Of a stretch of DNA of 64,000 nt, positions 37,240 to 46,236 are shown piece after piece; the stretch's first letter is position 1; each line of letters opens with the position of its first letter. The DNA lies in the NCBI GenBank assembly GCA_028866715.1, contig JAGWHO010000006.1:2005-66004 (forward strand). The letters are read 5' to 3'. This DNA comes from Candidatus Micrarchaeota archaeon (GTDB lineage: Archaea; Micrarchaeota; Micrarchaeia; Micrarchaeales; Micrarchaeaceae). Position numbers and translations under genes: made by a program. The notes under the pieces were generated by a model that made no database searches, was not told the DNA's origin, and saw nothing but the letters and a program-made list of their open reading frames with translations.

Positions 37240-38235
37240 ATGAGGGCAATGCTTCTCAAGAAGTATGCCAAGATAGACGCTGCTCCTCTAGAACCTTCGA
37301 ACGTCGCGAATCCTAAGCCAGCATCAAACGAGCTGCTAGTAAGGGTAATGGCATGCGGGTTATGCCACACGGATCTGCATATCATTGAGGGTGAGCTAGA
37401 CCCGCGCAAACTCCCAATAGTGCCAGGCCATCAGATAGCCGGCATAGTCGAAGCCGCAGGAACAGGCGCAAAGAGATTCAAGAAGGGAGACAGGGTTGGG
37501 ATAACGTGGATTAACTCCACGTGCGGCAAGTGCAGGTACTGCAAGACCGGCCGTGAGAATCTGTGCGACAGCGCAAAATTCACTGGCTACACTGTAAACG
37601 GCGGCTACGCCGAGTACGCAACAGTGTCTGAGGACTTCACATATCATCTGCCAAAGGGATTTGACTTCTCTAATGCCGCGCCGCTGTTCTGTGCTGGAAT
37701 AGTGGGGTACAGGGCGCTTAAGCTCTCTGGCCTGAAGAGTGGCGGCACGCTTGCGATATATGGCTTCGGCGCATCAGCCCATCTATCTGTCCAGGTTGCA
37801 AGGCACATGGGCTCAAAAGTGCAAGTCTTTACAAGAAGCGAGGAGCACCGCGCGCTCGCACTCAAGCTCGGCGCGTCATGGGCCGGAGCGTCGGAGGACA
37901 CGCCTCCAGCCAATTCAGATGCGGCCATAGTCTTCGCGCCTGTAGGCAACCTAGTGGTCACTGCGCTCAAGAACCTGAAGAAAGGCGGCAGGGTCGCAAT
38001 CGCAGACATATACATGAGCCCGATACCTAGGATAGACTACCCTGATCTTTATTACGAGAAATCCATCACCAGCGTGACCAACTATACGCGGGCAGATGCC
38101 GTTGAATTCCTGAAGCTTGCAGAAAAGATCCCGATAAGGGTGGAGGCGCAAAGCTTCAAGCTCCAGGATGCTAACAACGCGCTGCAGATGCTCAAGGAAG
38201 GGAAGATCAACGGCTCTGCAGTATTAATACCGTAA
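37240..38235 (+). CDS. adh: zinc-dependent alcohol dehydrogenase (MDR family)
   Basis: Catalytic Zn motif CGLCHTDLH...GHQIAGIV, structural Zn Cys cluster CGKCRYCKTGRENLC, and a Rossmann motif IYGFGASAH. Confidence 0.9.
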   Translation: MRAMLLKKYAKIDAAPLEPSNVANPKPASNELLVRVMACGLCHTDLHIIEGELDPRKLPIVPGHQIAGIVEAAGTGAKRFKKGDRVGITWINSTCGKCRYCKTGRENLCDSAKFTGYTVNGGYAEYATVSEDFTYHLPKGFDFSNAAPLFCAGIVGYRALKLSGLKSGGTLAIYGFGASAHLSVQVARHMGSKVQVFTRSEEHRALALKLGASWAGASEDTPPANSDAAIVFAPVGNLVVTALKNLKKGGRVAIADIYMSPIPRIDYPDLYYEKSITSVTNYTRADAVEFLKLAEKIPIRVEAQSFKLQDANNALQMLKEGKINGSAVLIP

Positions 38236-38305
38236 TGCCGCATCAGTCACTTGACGAGCGCAATCTGCTGCTTTTATTCCGGCAGTACAGAGCACTCTTG
38301 AGAAC

Positions 38306-38872
38306 ATGGGGGCAAAAGATAGCTTTGTTAAGAGGATTGGCGAACGCAATCTCTATTCAAATGCCAGCGGCAGCAAGAAGCTGGTCGAGACGATAGACAT
38401 CGTAGACGGGAAGGAGATAACAAAGAGCTTCATAATTGAAGGAGACAGCGCCACAATAATCGCCATGCCTACGGATGACGAGGTATTGATGATAAGGAAC
38501 TACCGCGCCGCAGGCAACAAGGACGGCTCTGTCGATGATGCATTCTCATATGAGCTGCCAAGCGGCCATGTCAACAGCGGCGAGCTTCCCGAACAGGCAG
38601 CGTCAAGGGAGCTTGAAGAAGAGACCGGCTTCGTGGCAAAGAGCATCGAGCCGCTGATGTCGCATTACATAGGGCTTTATCTGACAACGTGCAAGGATTT
38701 CGTATTCCTGGCCAAGGGCCTGGAAAGAAGCGCAGCAAGGCTTGAGGCTGATGAAGCTATAACCTGCGAGTCTGTAAAGGTCGGCGACCTGTCCAAGATG
38801 CTTGAAAACGGAACGATAAAGGATGCGAGCTCAAGAGACGCGCTGCTCCATTGGCTGATGTTCGGCAGATGA
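38306..38872 (+). CDS. NUDIX hydrolase
   Basis: Nudix box GHVNSGELPEQAASRELEEETGF. Confidence 0.85.
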   Translation: MGAKDSFVKRIGERNLYSNASGSKKLVETIDIVDGKEITKSFIIEGDSATIIAMPTDDEVLMIRNYRAAGNKDGSVDDAFSYELPSGHVNSGELPEQAASRELEEETGFVAKSIEPLMSHYIGLYLTTCKDFVFLAKGLERSAARLEADEAITCESVKVGDLSKMLENGTIKDASSRDALLHWLMFGR

Positions 38873-38877
38873 ATAAT

Positions 38878-39333
38878 CTATCTACCGAGAAACAGGTCTG
38901 CGCATCCGGATCTAAGGACGCCGCCAACCCTCTCAATGCCTTCCTTCTTATTGGAGGCTCTCTTCCTGCCGCTTATCTCTCTTCCAGCCTCAATGTCTAG
39001 GAGGTCCTTCAAGCTTATCCCGTAAACAATTCTTTTTATCCCTGCCCATCTACAGGCTCCAAGGCACATATCACACGGCTCGCATGTAGTGTACATAGTG
39101 CCGCCTTCGAAAGCATTGTGAAGCCTGAGCGTCTTTGTCTTCTTACATGCTATCCTTAGCGTGTTGATCTCGCCATGCGCAGCAATGTCCTTTTCCAAAT
39201 AGACTGTATTATGGCCAAGTGCGATAATCTTGTTGTGCATGACGAGACATCCAGCAAACGGCTTCTGGCCCTCCCGCATTCCCTTCCTTGCTTCGGCCAG
39301 TGCCGCTTTCATGAAGCTCTCGTGCCCAACCAT
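38878..39333 (-). CDS. CMP/dCMP-type zinc deaminase (TadA/guanine-deaminase-like)
   Basis: HGEINTL (H-x-E) and TCEPCDMCLGA (PCxxC). I trimmed the track ORF (to 39369) to ATG 39333 because the extension overlaps tRNA-Tyr. Confidence 0.83.
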   Translation of the reverse strand: MVGHESFMKAALAEARKGMREGQKPFAGCLVMHNKIIALGHNTVYLEKDIAAHGEINTLRIACKKTKTLRLHNAFEGGTMYTTCEPCDMCLGACRWAGIKRIVYGISLKDLLDIEAGREISGRKRASNKKEGIERVGGVLRSGCADLFLGR

Positions 39334-39344
39334 CAAATCACGAA

Positions 39345-39445
39345 TCCCGCTGGTGTGAGTCGAACACACAACCTATCGGTTTCTAACTTATTGCAGTTAG
39401 CAATCCAGACTACAGCCGATCGCTCTGCCATTGAGCTACAGCGGG
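39345..39445 (-). tRNA. tRNA-Tyr (GTA) with 29-nt intron at 37/38
   Basis: Acceptor CCCGCTG/CAGCGGG (C1-G72, discriminator A, as in archaeal tRNA-Tyr). Anticodon stem ATCGG/CCGAT and mature loop CTGTAGA. The intron is at 39381-39409. T arm GTGTG-TTCGACT-CACAC. The BHB is relaxed, with one T-T mismatch next to a bulge. Confidence 0.8.
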
Positions 39446-39550
39446 ATACTGACTATTATAAGCGTTAAGATTAATAACTCTATCAGAGAGTAGAAGTGAC
39501 GCCTGGATTTGCGGAGGCGTTGCTAGTATAAATACTCGACCAATGATTGG

Positions 39551-42310
39551 ATGGCGCCCCCACTCAGATCTGCAGGACCGGAGAAGAGCGAGCTAGTCCA
39601 GGAGATAATAAGGAAGCACCACAAGACCCCCATCGCTGTCTATAAGATCAAGGACATGATAATGGAGCTGTCGGGCAATCCGCACTTCATGGACATGATC
39701 CTGTTGCTCCTTGCTTTTATAGCGTTCGTCTCCGCGTTCCCGTTTTATCCGATTGAGCTGCTGATAATATTCGGCATAGTGCTGATTGTCGCGTCGCTCA
39801 AGCACCCGTTCCTGGGCCTCTGCCTGCTCATGGCGCTGATGTTCCCTATAATAATGTACCAAACCCCGCCGCTGGCGTGGGTGTTCATGCTCCTTGTCAG
39901 CGCGTCCCTCATATTCGGGTACAAGTACTACAGGACCATAGCATTTGCCTACGTGCTTGTGGGCCTCGGATTCTCGCCTTTAGGCAGCATCCTTGAGATA
40001 CCCGTCTTCGTGATTGCGCCTCTGATAATAGGATATAAACGCGGACTAGTGCTTACTGCGCTCATGGTCGCAGGCATAGTCATGTTCAGCGGTGTCACAG
40101 GCGTACAGAACAGCGGGTACATACTTTACAATGCCGCTACCGCTCATGCGATACTTAGCACAAGCCCGATATCCCCGCTTCTCACGCCCCACAATCCTGT
40201 GGTGCCTGCATCTATGCTCGGTTCTGCGATATCCCAGTCGTATGCAATTTTCGCCAGCGGCTCTGTGCTTGGAGACATAACCTACGAGTTCAACACCCTT
40301 ATCAGCGCACTGTTCATAAATCCGGGCGCATACGTTGCCGAGTTTCTAGGCATGCTCGCGATAGTCGTAGCTATAGACTTCTACGCCGTGACCAAGAGGT
40401 CGAAGTTCAAGGGCACAATAGCGTCGCTCATAGGCGCGGCCTTCCCGCTCCTGTATCTCGGTCTCGCCACTGTGTCGAAGGCACCATATGTCACGTCATT
40501 CCTGCCGTTGCTCAGCTTCGCCATAGCGCCTGCGCTTATGTACCTGCTTGAGCTGTACGGCATCAACATCGTCAAGGCTCTCGAGGTGAGGAAACAGGAC
40601 GTCAGATTGAAGTTCGGGGAGGCGTTCGAGGATCTCGAGGCCGGCAACGCAACGCAGACATTCGATGACATAGGCAACTACGAAGCAACAAAGAGGGAGC
40701 TGAAAGAGGCTGTGATTGCGCCCATAGAGGAGAAGGGCGTTGCACGCGCATACAACATAAAACCAGCAAAGGGCATACTGTTCTTCGGCCCCCCGGGTAC
40801 CGGTAAAACCATGATGATGAGGGCGCTCGCGAACGAGATAAGGGCAAGCTTCTACCTTGTCAAGGCGCCCAACCTGATATCAGCGTTTCCAGGAGAGACC
40901 GAGCGCATGATATCTAACATATTTGCTGTTGCGAAGAAAAATTCGCCGTGCGTGCTATTCATCGACGAGATAGACTCTGTCGCGAGGAACAGGGAGAGCG
41001 CAGACGTAGACGAGGCGCACAGGCACGCGCTTTCCCAGCTCCTGCAGGAGATCGACGGATTCCAGAAGATAAACAAGGTCATAATAGTCGGGGCCACAAA
41101 CGTGCCGCAGCTGATAGACCCGGCAATGATGAGGCCCGGAAGATTCGACAAGATAATCTACATGCCGCTTCCTGACCTTAATGGCAGGAAGAAGATATTC
41201 AAGATATACCTGAACAAACTGCCGGCCTCGAAGGACATAGATCTTGACAAGATCGCTGAAGAGACGGAGAGGTACTCTGGCGCAGACATCAAGGTCGTGT
41301 GCGACAACGTAGCCCAGATGGTCTCGCAGGAGGCCACATCGCAGAACAGGGTGCTTGAGATAACGCAGGAAGACATACTCGACATCATAAAGTCGACTAA
41401 GCCGTCAACAAGCTTCTCGCAGCTAGAGGATTACAACAAGTTCAGGATTGATTATGAGAGAAGAAGCTTCGAGGAGGGGAAAGTAGAGAAGGCGCCGCAG
41501 ATAAGCATGGACGACGTCGTAGGACTCGAAGAGGCCAAGAAGGCGATAGTCGAAGCGATACAGATACCGTTGATGCATCCGGAGCTGCTCAAGAAATACG
41601 ATATCAAGCCGATCAACGGGCTTTTGTTGTTCGGGCCTCCAGGAAACGGAAAGTCCATGCTCATGCGCGCCGTAAGCAACGAGATGAAGGGCATAACCAT
41701 ACTTGAACTGCGCGGCTCGGAGTTCGCGGGCAGGGACAAGGAGAGCGCATCAGAAACTATAAAAGAGGTGTTCAACAGGGCGCGCGAGAACATCCCATCG
41801 ATAATCTTCATCGACGAGATAGATAGCATCGTGCCTAAAAGGGAGAACGCCACCCAGTCGACCCTCCAGATGACCGGTGAACTGCTGCAAGAGATAGACG
41901 GGGTCAAGCAGCAGTCCGGGATAGTGGTGATAGCAGCAACGAACAGGCCCGACTCGCTGGACACTGCAATACTCAGGCCAGGCCGATTCGACAAGCTCAT
42001 CTTCGTGAAGCCGCCTGCGCCCGAAGATCGTGCAAAGCTGTTCAAGATATATTTGCAGCAGGTGCCTGTCAGCAAGGACATGGACTACGCAAAGCTCGGC
42101 ACCCAGGCGAAGGGCTTCACCGGCGCAGACATAGCCAACATGTGCAGGGAGGCAAAGACCAAGGCATTGGAGGAGAACATCAAGACAGGAAAGGATGTCG
42201 AGATAACCATGGCGAGCATGCTCGCGATAATAAACGAGACAAAGCCGTCCGCGCCGGACACCGTGATAAGCATATATCTGTCATTCTTGGCAAGGTACGG
42301 CCAGAGATAA
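39551..42310 (+). CDS. polytopic membrane domain fused to Cdc48/VCP-like tandem AAA+ ATPase
   Basis: Residues ~40-345 form about 8 hydrophobic helices. D1 follows (GPPGTGKT, LFIDEIDS, RPGRFD, pore-loop-like AFPGE). D2 follows that (GPPGNGKS, IFIDEIDS, RPGRFD, pore-loop-like EFAGR). No Cdc48 N-domain and no protease domain are present. Confidence 0.85.
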   Translation: MAPPLRSAGPEKSELVQEIIRKHHKTPIAVYKIKDMIMELSGNPHFMDMILLLLAFIAFVSAFPFYPIELLIIFGIVLIVASLKHPFLGLCLLMALMFPIIMYQTPPLAWVFMLLVSASLIFGYKYYRTIAFAYVLVGLGFSPLGSILEIPVFVIAPLIIGYKRGLVLTALMVAGIVMFSGVTGVQNSGYILYNAATAHAILSTSPISPLLTPHNPVVPASMLGSAISQSYAIFASGSVLGDITYEFNTLISALFINPGAYVAEFLGMLAIVVAIDFYAVTKRSKFKGTIASLIGAAFPLLYLGLATVSKAPYVTSFLPLLSFAIAPALMYLLELYGINIVKALEVRKQDVRLKFGEAFEDLEAGNATQTFDDIGNYEATKRELKEAVIAPIEEKGVARAYNIKPAKGILFFGPPGTGKTMMMRALANEIRASFYLVKAPNLISAFPGETERMISNIFAVAKKNSPCVLFIDEIDSVARNRESADVDEAHRHALSQLLQEIDGFQKINKVIIVGATNVPQLIDPAMMRPGRFDKIIYMPLPDLNGRKKIFKIYLNKLPASKDIDLDKIAEETERYSGADIKVVCDNVAQMVSQEATSQNRVLEITQEDILDIIKSTKPSTSFSQLEDYNKFRIDYERRSFEEGKVEKAPQISMDDVVGLEEAKKAIVEAIQIPLMHPELLKKYDIKPINGLLLFGPPGNGKSMLMRAVSNEMKGITILELRGSEFAGRDKESASETIKEVFNRARENIPSIIFIDEIDSIVPKRENATQSTLQMTGELLQEIDGVKQQSGIVVIAATNRPDSLDTAILRPGRFDKLIFVKPPAPEDRAKLFKIYLQQVPVSKDMDYAKLGTQAKGFTGADIANMCREAKTKALEENIKTGKDVEITMASMLAIINETKPSAPDTVISIYLSFLARYGQR

Positions 42311-43090
42311 TCAGATCTTTTTCCTGGATAGCCTCTCGCCTATCTCTTTGTTCGCGAATACGCGCGATAGCGAATTGGCGTAAATGTCTATCCTATTTTC
42401 GTTTACCCTTGCTCTGCAGAACTCTATCTTCACGAAATCGTCTGGCTTGAGCATGGAAGCCGCGTGCGCGGACGATTCCAACAAAGACAAGTGTGCGGTA
42501 TTGACAGAATCGGTGACTGTGCACTCCATGATTGGGACCTGATTCTCGGACCCGATGCGGCCCACGTTTTTCACCTGCCCTATTTCGAGTATTCTTCCTG
42601 AGATGTCGATGTTCTTCATCCCGTCCTTGATGCAGGAGTAGTCTGACACGCAGTTCACCCATGCGCCAGAAGCAACCTTGCTTATGGCAGTGTCCTTGTC
42701 TGCCCTGAGCTCCTCCAATGCCATGTCGAGGAGCGCGTCCTTCAAAAGTATAGTGTCTCCTCGCTCTATGCATATGTCGTCGATCAGCTCGGAAAGCTTT
42801 CCTGAAAGATTGAGCTTAGCGGTTGAGCCCTCCCCCCCAAGCACGACAATCCTTCTCTTGCCAGCTGACGGGTTGAATACCCTATAGACAAGGTCCTGTA
42901 TGCTGAGGGTGTAGAGGCCAGGCGCCTGCCTGACTCTGCTCATGGATGTGAACCCCAGAAGGGCCTGCACGTTGGTCACGCCCCCGTTCTGCGGGTATTT
43001 CGAGAAGTTGCCGGAATCTATCAGCGCCTTGGCTTGGCCAGGCGTTATCATCCCTGAGAACCTGTCCACCACCTCTTCGACAGTAGCCAT
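42311..43090 (-). CDS. putative OB-fold ssDNA-binding (RPA-like) protein
   Basis: Trimmed to ATG 43090 (MATVEEVV...). There are two segments with an RPA-type OB pattern, for example ISGRILEIGQVKNVGRIGSENQVPIMECTVTDSVNTAHLSLLE...DDFVKIEFCRARVNENRIDIY. The call rests on pattern only. Confidence 0.45.
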   Translation of the reverse strand: MATVEEVVDRFSGMITPGQAKALIDSGNFSKYPQNGGVTNVQALLGFTSMSRVRQAPGLYTLSIQDLVYRVFNPSAGKRRIVVLGGEGSTAKLNLSGKLSELIDDICIERGDTILLKDALLDMALEELRADKDTAISKVASGAWVNCVSDYSCIKDGMKNIDISGRILEIGQVKNVGRIGSENQVPIMECTVTDSVNTAHLSLLESSAHAASMLKPDDFVKIEFCRARVNENRIDIYANSLSRVFANKEIGERLSRKKI

Positions 43091-43154
43091 CCTATCAATA
43101 TGAGTTGCACGCCAACCCTTAATTTCTTTTCCTCGTAACCTAATACGTGATATA

Positions 43155-44462
43155 GTGATAAGCGTAGACATTGTTTTCTTGTTCATTGCTGCGGTTGCAT
43201 TTTTGGGCTTCGTCCTTAATGCCGCATTTGAGCGAATAAGGATAGTGTACATTCTTCCGCTTATGCTGATTGGGGTTCTTGTCGGGCCGGTACTCGGATT
43301 CGTAAACACAGGGTCTGGAAGCGTAATATCAACGCTAACTCCTTACATCACGGCAATTACTATAGCAATCATACTGTTTGATGTCGGGCTCAACATAAAT
43401 ATCCGGAAACTCAGCACGATCATAGCAAAGGCGACTGCCTTCACGTTTGCCATAGGCGTGGCGACCGGAGTGGCCACGGCAATCCTAACTTCGTTAATAT
43501 TCGGCTGGACAATGCTCGACGCTCTGATTTTCGGGTTCGCGATAGCAGGCACCACGACTATAGGCATGCCAATGATCGTCAAGCTCATAAAGCTCCCAGA
43601 TTCTCTCAAGGCAGCAATTGTGTATGAGAGCATAGTCTCAGACACGTACCAGCTTATAGTGCCTACGCTCATATTCACGATTATCGCTACCGGGAGCATA
43701 ACGATACCAGCTGCGACGTATCTTGTGCTTGTGAACGTCTTCGGAGCGATAATCTTGGGGGGCATAACAGCGCTTTTCTGGCTCTACGTGATGAGAAGGT
43801 TCGAGAACTACAGCAGGGAGTACGGATGGCTTCTGACCCTTACCATGATAATAGCGACATACGCTATTGCTGACGAAGCTGGCTTCAGCGGCCTTCTCAC
43901 AGTATTCGTCTTTGGGATCCTTTTCGCTACAATAGGCAAATACGAGAGCGAACGCAAAGGGTCCATATCTGGCCAGATTATAAGCCGGTACCTATTCATC
44001 GGAGCCGCAGTCGACCATATAAAGGAGTACCAAAAGGAGATAGCGTTCTTCACAAGCACGTTCTTCTTCGTATACCTTGGCCTGCTCTTCCAGATATCTG
44101 CGGTCTCGTACACTGATATCCTTGCCGTGGCTCTGATATGCGTTGTCATAGTCGTCCTCCGTTTCGCGCTTGCGCCGAAGATCCTGCGCGGCCTGATGTC
44201 CAAGCCTGCCGATACCTTCAAGAGAGAGCGCATGATGGTGTCCCTCAACATGGCGAGAGGGCTCTCCCCGGCTATAGTGGCCACGTTCCCCCTGGTCTAC
44301 GGAGTCGTAATCCCGGAGTTTGTCAATTCGATATTCCTTGTGATACTATTCACCAACGTAATAGCCACTGCGGGCATATTCCTGCTTTCGAAACCTATCG
44401 TGGAGGAGGAGAAACCTGATGATAAAGCGCACAGCGGAGCAGCAGGCGCAAAGGCAAAGTAA
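43155..44462 (+). CDS. monovalent cation:proton antiporter (CPA1/CPA2 Na+/H+ exchanger family)
   Basis: About 12 TM helices with typical motifs (ILFDVGLN, SDTYQLIV). Short Lys/Ala-rich tail. Confidence 0.83.
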   Translation: MISVDIVFLFIAAVAFLGFVLNAAFERIRIVYILPLMLIGVLVGPVLGFVNTGSGSVISTLTPYITAITIAIILFDVGLNINIRKLSTIIAKATAFTFAIGVATGVATAILTSLIFGWTMLDALIFGFAIAGTTTIGMPMIVKLIKLPDSLKAAIVYESIVSDTYQLIVPTLIFTIIATGSITIPAATYLVLVNVFGAIILGGITALFWLYVMRRFENYSREYGWLLTLTMIIATYAIADEAGFSGLLTVFVFGILFATIGKYESERKGSISGQIISRYLFIGAAVDHIKEYQKEIAFFTSTFFFVYLGLLFQISAVSYTDILAVALICVVIVVLRFALAPKILRGLMSKPADTFKRERMMVSLNMARGLSPAIVATFPLVYGVVIPEFVNSIFLVILFTNVIATAGIFLLSKPIVEEEKPDDKAHSGAAGAKAK

Positions 44463-44507
44463 GCCATCAAATGCCTTAGGCGGCCTTGGCCAGACAGCGT
44501 CTTCAAG

Positions 44508-44544
44508 TGGGCCCGAGGAGAATCGAACTCCTGTTTCTAGCGTG
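44508..44544 (-). repeat. orphan copy of the tRNA-Val 3' half (att-like direct repeat, copy A)
   Basis: tgggcccgaggagaatcgaactcctgtttctagcgtg is identical at 37/37 positions to 46237-46273. No matching 5' half lies adjacent. Confidence 0.92.
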
Positions 44545-44602
44545 AGTAAGTTGACCCAAGCTGTATTGAATGGATTAATTGAGGGGGGACACATTCACGG
44601 AA

Positions 44603-44616
44603 CTTATATAAATTTT
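44603..44616 (+). promoter_or_regulatory. TATA-like box (cttatataaatttt) inside the islet
   Basis: Lies 30-40 nt upstream of ATG 44646. Confidence 0.4.
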
Positions 44617-44645
44617 ATCCTTGAGTGATAAATTAGGTTGTTACT

Positions 44646-45791
44646 ATGAAAATATCAAAGGAGAGGTTTTTCGCGCCAATAGTAATAGCATTGGTGCTTC
44701 TAGGTGGTGTATCAGGGTATGCGATAGCTTCGAATTATAACAGTATCTCTTCATATAAGGTGCCAGTGGGGTTCCCTGGGGTTTCAAATATTATCTCATT
44801 TGGGAATGCAGTAGCTCCGGTTGTGATGGAGTCTCAACAATTCCAAAAAGTGGCAAATGGTGTCGTATATCATACAGATCAATATTCAAGTTTTGGATAT
44901 ACATGGGGGCCTGGAATAAACTCTACTGAACGAATAATCTTCTTCTCGCCGGATAATTCTTCTTATATTGTGTCTGATATCTACGTTTCCAACAAAACAA
45001 TACAAGATATCTACTTCATAAACAGAACAAAAGTTCATGTAAGTTTTCCAGGCGCCTCAAGCAATTACGGGGGCTATTACTCTGAATATTGTAGCGGCAC
45101 ATTTTTTGGAACATGTACAGGCGAATCTACACTGTCCGAAGTGTATGGAAAGATTCAAATTCCTGGCACTATAAGTAAACCAAGTACTGGTTGCAGTACT
45201 TCGGCGTGTGCGGTTTTTGGCTCTTGGACTGGCGTCTCAGTAGACGGTTCTGGCGCCAACTTAACACAAGGTGGAATATCGTGGTTTGGGTTCAACGTAA
45301 CTCCACCAAGCAACAATAGAAACGGGTTCTCTTTGTTTGTGCAGCGCTTGCCTAATAGCCCAACATTTATAACGCCTCCTTCGGGGTGGATATTAAGTGG
45401 TAACACCGTCAATATGACTACCGAACCAATGGCAAATTGTGCCAACACCGGAGATGATTGGTATCAGTTCTGGAAGCTTGGGGGGTCATCTACGAGCCAG
45501 GCTATAGGTTGTGATAGTCCAACAAATATCTACTATGGTTGGTATATCTTTGAATCCCCTGCAGGATGCAGTGGCTCAGGATGCTACAGCGGTCTCTACC
45601 AAATCCCCGAAGTCTCAAGCATGAGCTTTACTGGAAACATCTGCAACAATGTCGGGACATGCAGAAACATAAATAGCAACAGCGATCCAATCCAAGGCTA
45701 TTATATACAGCACAATAGTCAGGATACATCAACTGGCACTATCTCAAGTGGCGGAAACTCATGGACCGAAAGCTGGCTTAGTAGTAGCTAG
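44646..45791 (+). CDS. secreted protein, probable glutamic peptidase (G1/eqolisin, 'peptidase A4') homologue
   Basis: N-terminal signal/anchor (FFAPIVIALVLLGGVSGYAIA). Motif order matches scytalidoglutamic peptidase as I recall it: SSNYGGYY (cf. SNWGGAI), IQIPG, FGSWTGVSVDG...LTQGG (cf. AWVGIDGD...LQTG, with catalytic Gln) and GWYIFES (cf. AEFIIED, with catalytic Glu). Confidence 0.5.
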   Translation: MKISKERFFAPIVIALVLLGGVSGYAIASNYNSISSYKVPVGFPGVSNIISFGNAVAPVVMESQQFQKVANGVVYHTDQYSSFGYTWGPGINSTERIIFFSPDNSSYIVSDIYVSNKTIQDIYFINRTKVHVSFPGASSNYGGYYSEYCSGTFFGTCTGESTLSEVYGKIQIPGTISKPSTGCSTSACAVFGSWTGVSVDGSGANLTQGGISWFGFNVTPPSNNRNGFSLFVQRLPNSPTFITPPSGWILSGNTVNMTTEPMANCANTGDDWYQFWKLGGSSTSQAIGCDSPTNIYYGWYIFESPAGCSGSGCYSGLYQIPEVSSMSFTGNICNNVGTCRNINSNSDPIQGYYIQHNSQDTSTGTISSGGNSWTESWLSSS

Positions 45792-46236
45792 CGCCAAAAT
45801 GTGGTTCAATCAAAACCAAAATTCTTTTTTGGGTTGTTGGCGTACTTATTTTAGTATTATTCCTTGTATTTGTACCAGTAATGAGCCCACCCTCATGTAA
45901 CCCAGGCCAGCCGCCTGGTGGGCACATTTGCCTATGGTATGGAAGCCTTGATTCAATAACAATGTACTATTTTCATTTTGGCGGGCTGTTCGACAATGGT
46001 GACTATATGGTGCTGTGATAAAAACACACTATAGTCCCATACGATTGAAATTTTGATGCAACTCAGGTAAAAGACCTTAGTCCAGCTACACCTTACCCAT
46101 CTCAAGTTCAGTGAAGCGAGCCATGTTTTTCAGGACTGTTCGAAACCACACAGAAAACGCGCTCCGAACTTATCCATGCTTCCATGATTGTGCAAAAGTG
46201 CGGAGTCATGTCGCCATTTACGATGTCATTTCTGGA

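Larger units (their letters stand above)
44545..46236. mobile_element. putative remnant of a tRNA-Val-targeted integrated element (1,692-bp islet, no integrase)
   Basis: It is bounded by the 37-nt direct repeat. By eye it is AT-richer and uses AAA/AAT/ATA-type codons, unlike the AAG/GAC-rich flanks. It has its own TATA box and carries one 381-aa gene. Confidence 0.45.

Noticed and set aside
44508-44544. Nanoarchaeum-style split-tRNA 3' half gene.
   Set aside because: An intact tRNA-Val with the identical 3' half lies 1.7 kb away. I found no 5' half and no complementary leader to the upstream sequence (agtaagttgaccc) in the window. A direct-repeat (att) interpretation is more parsimonious, but it cannot be excluded without the whole genome.
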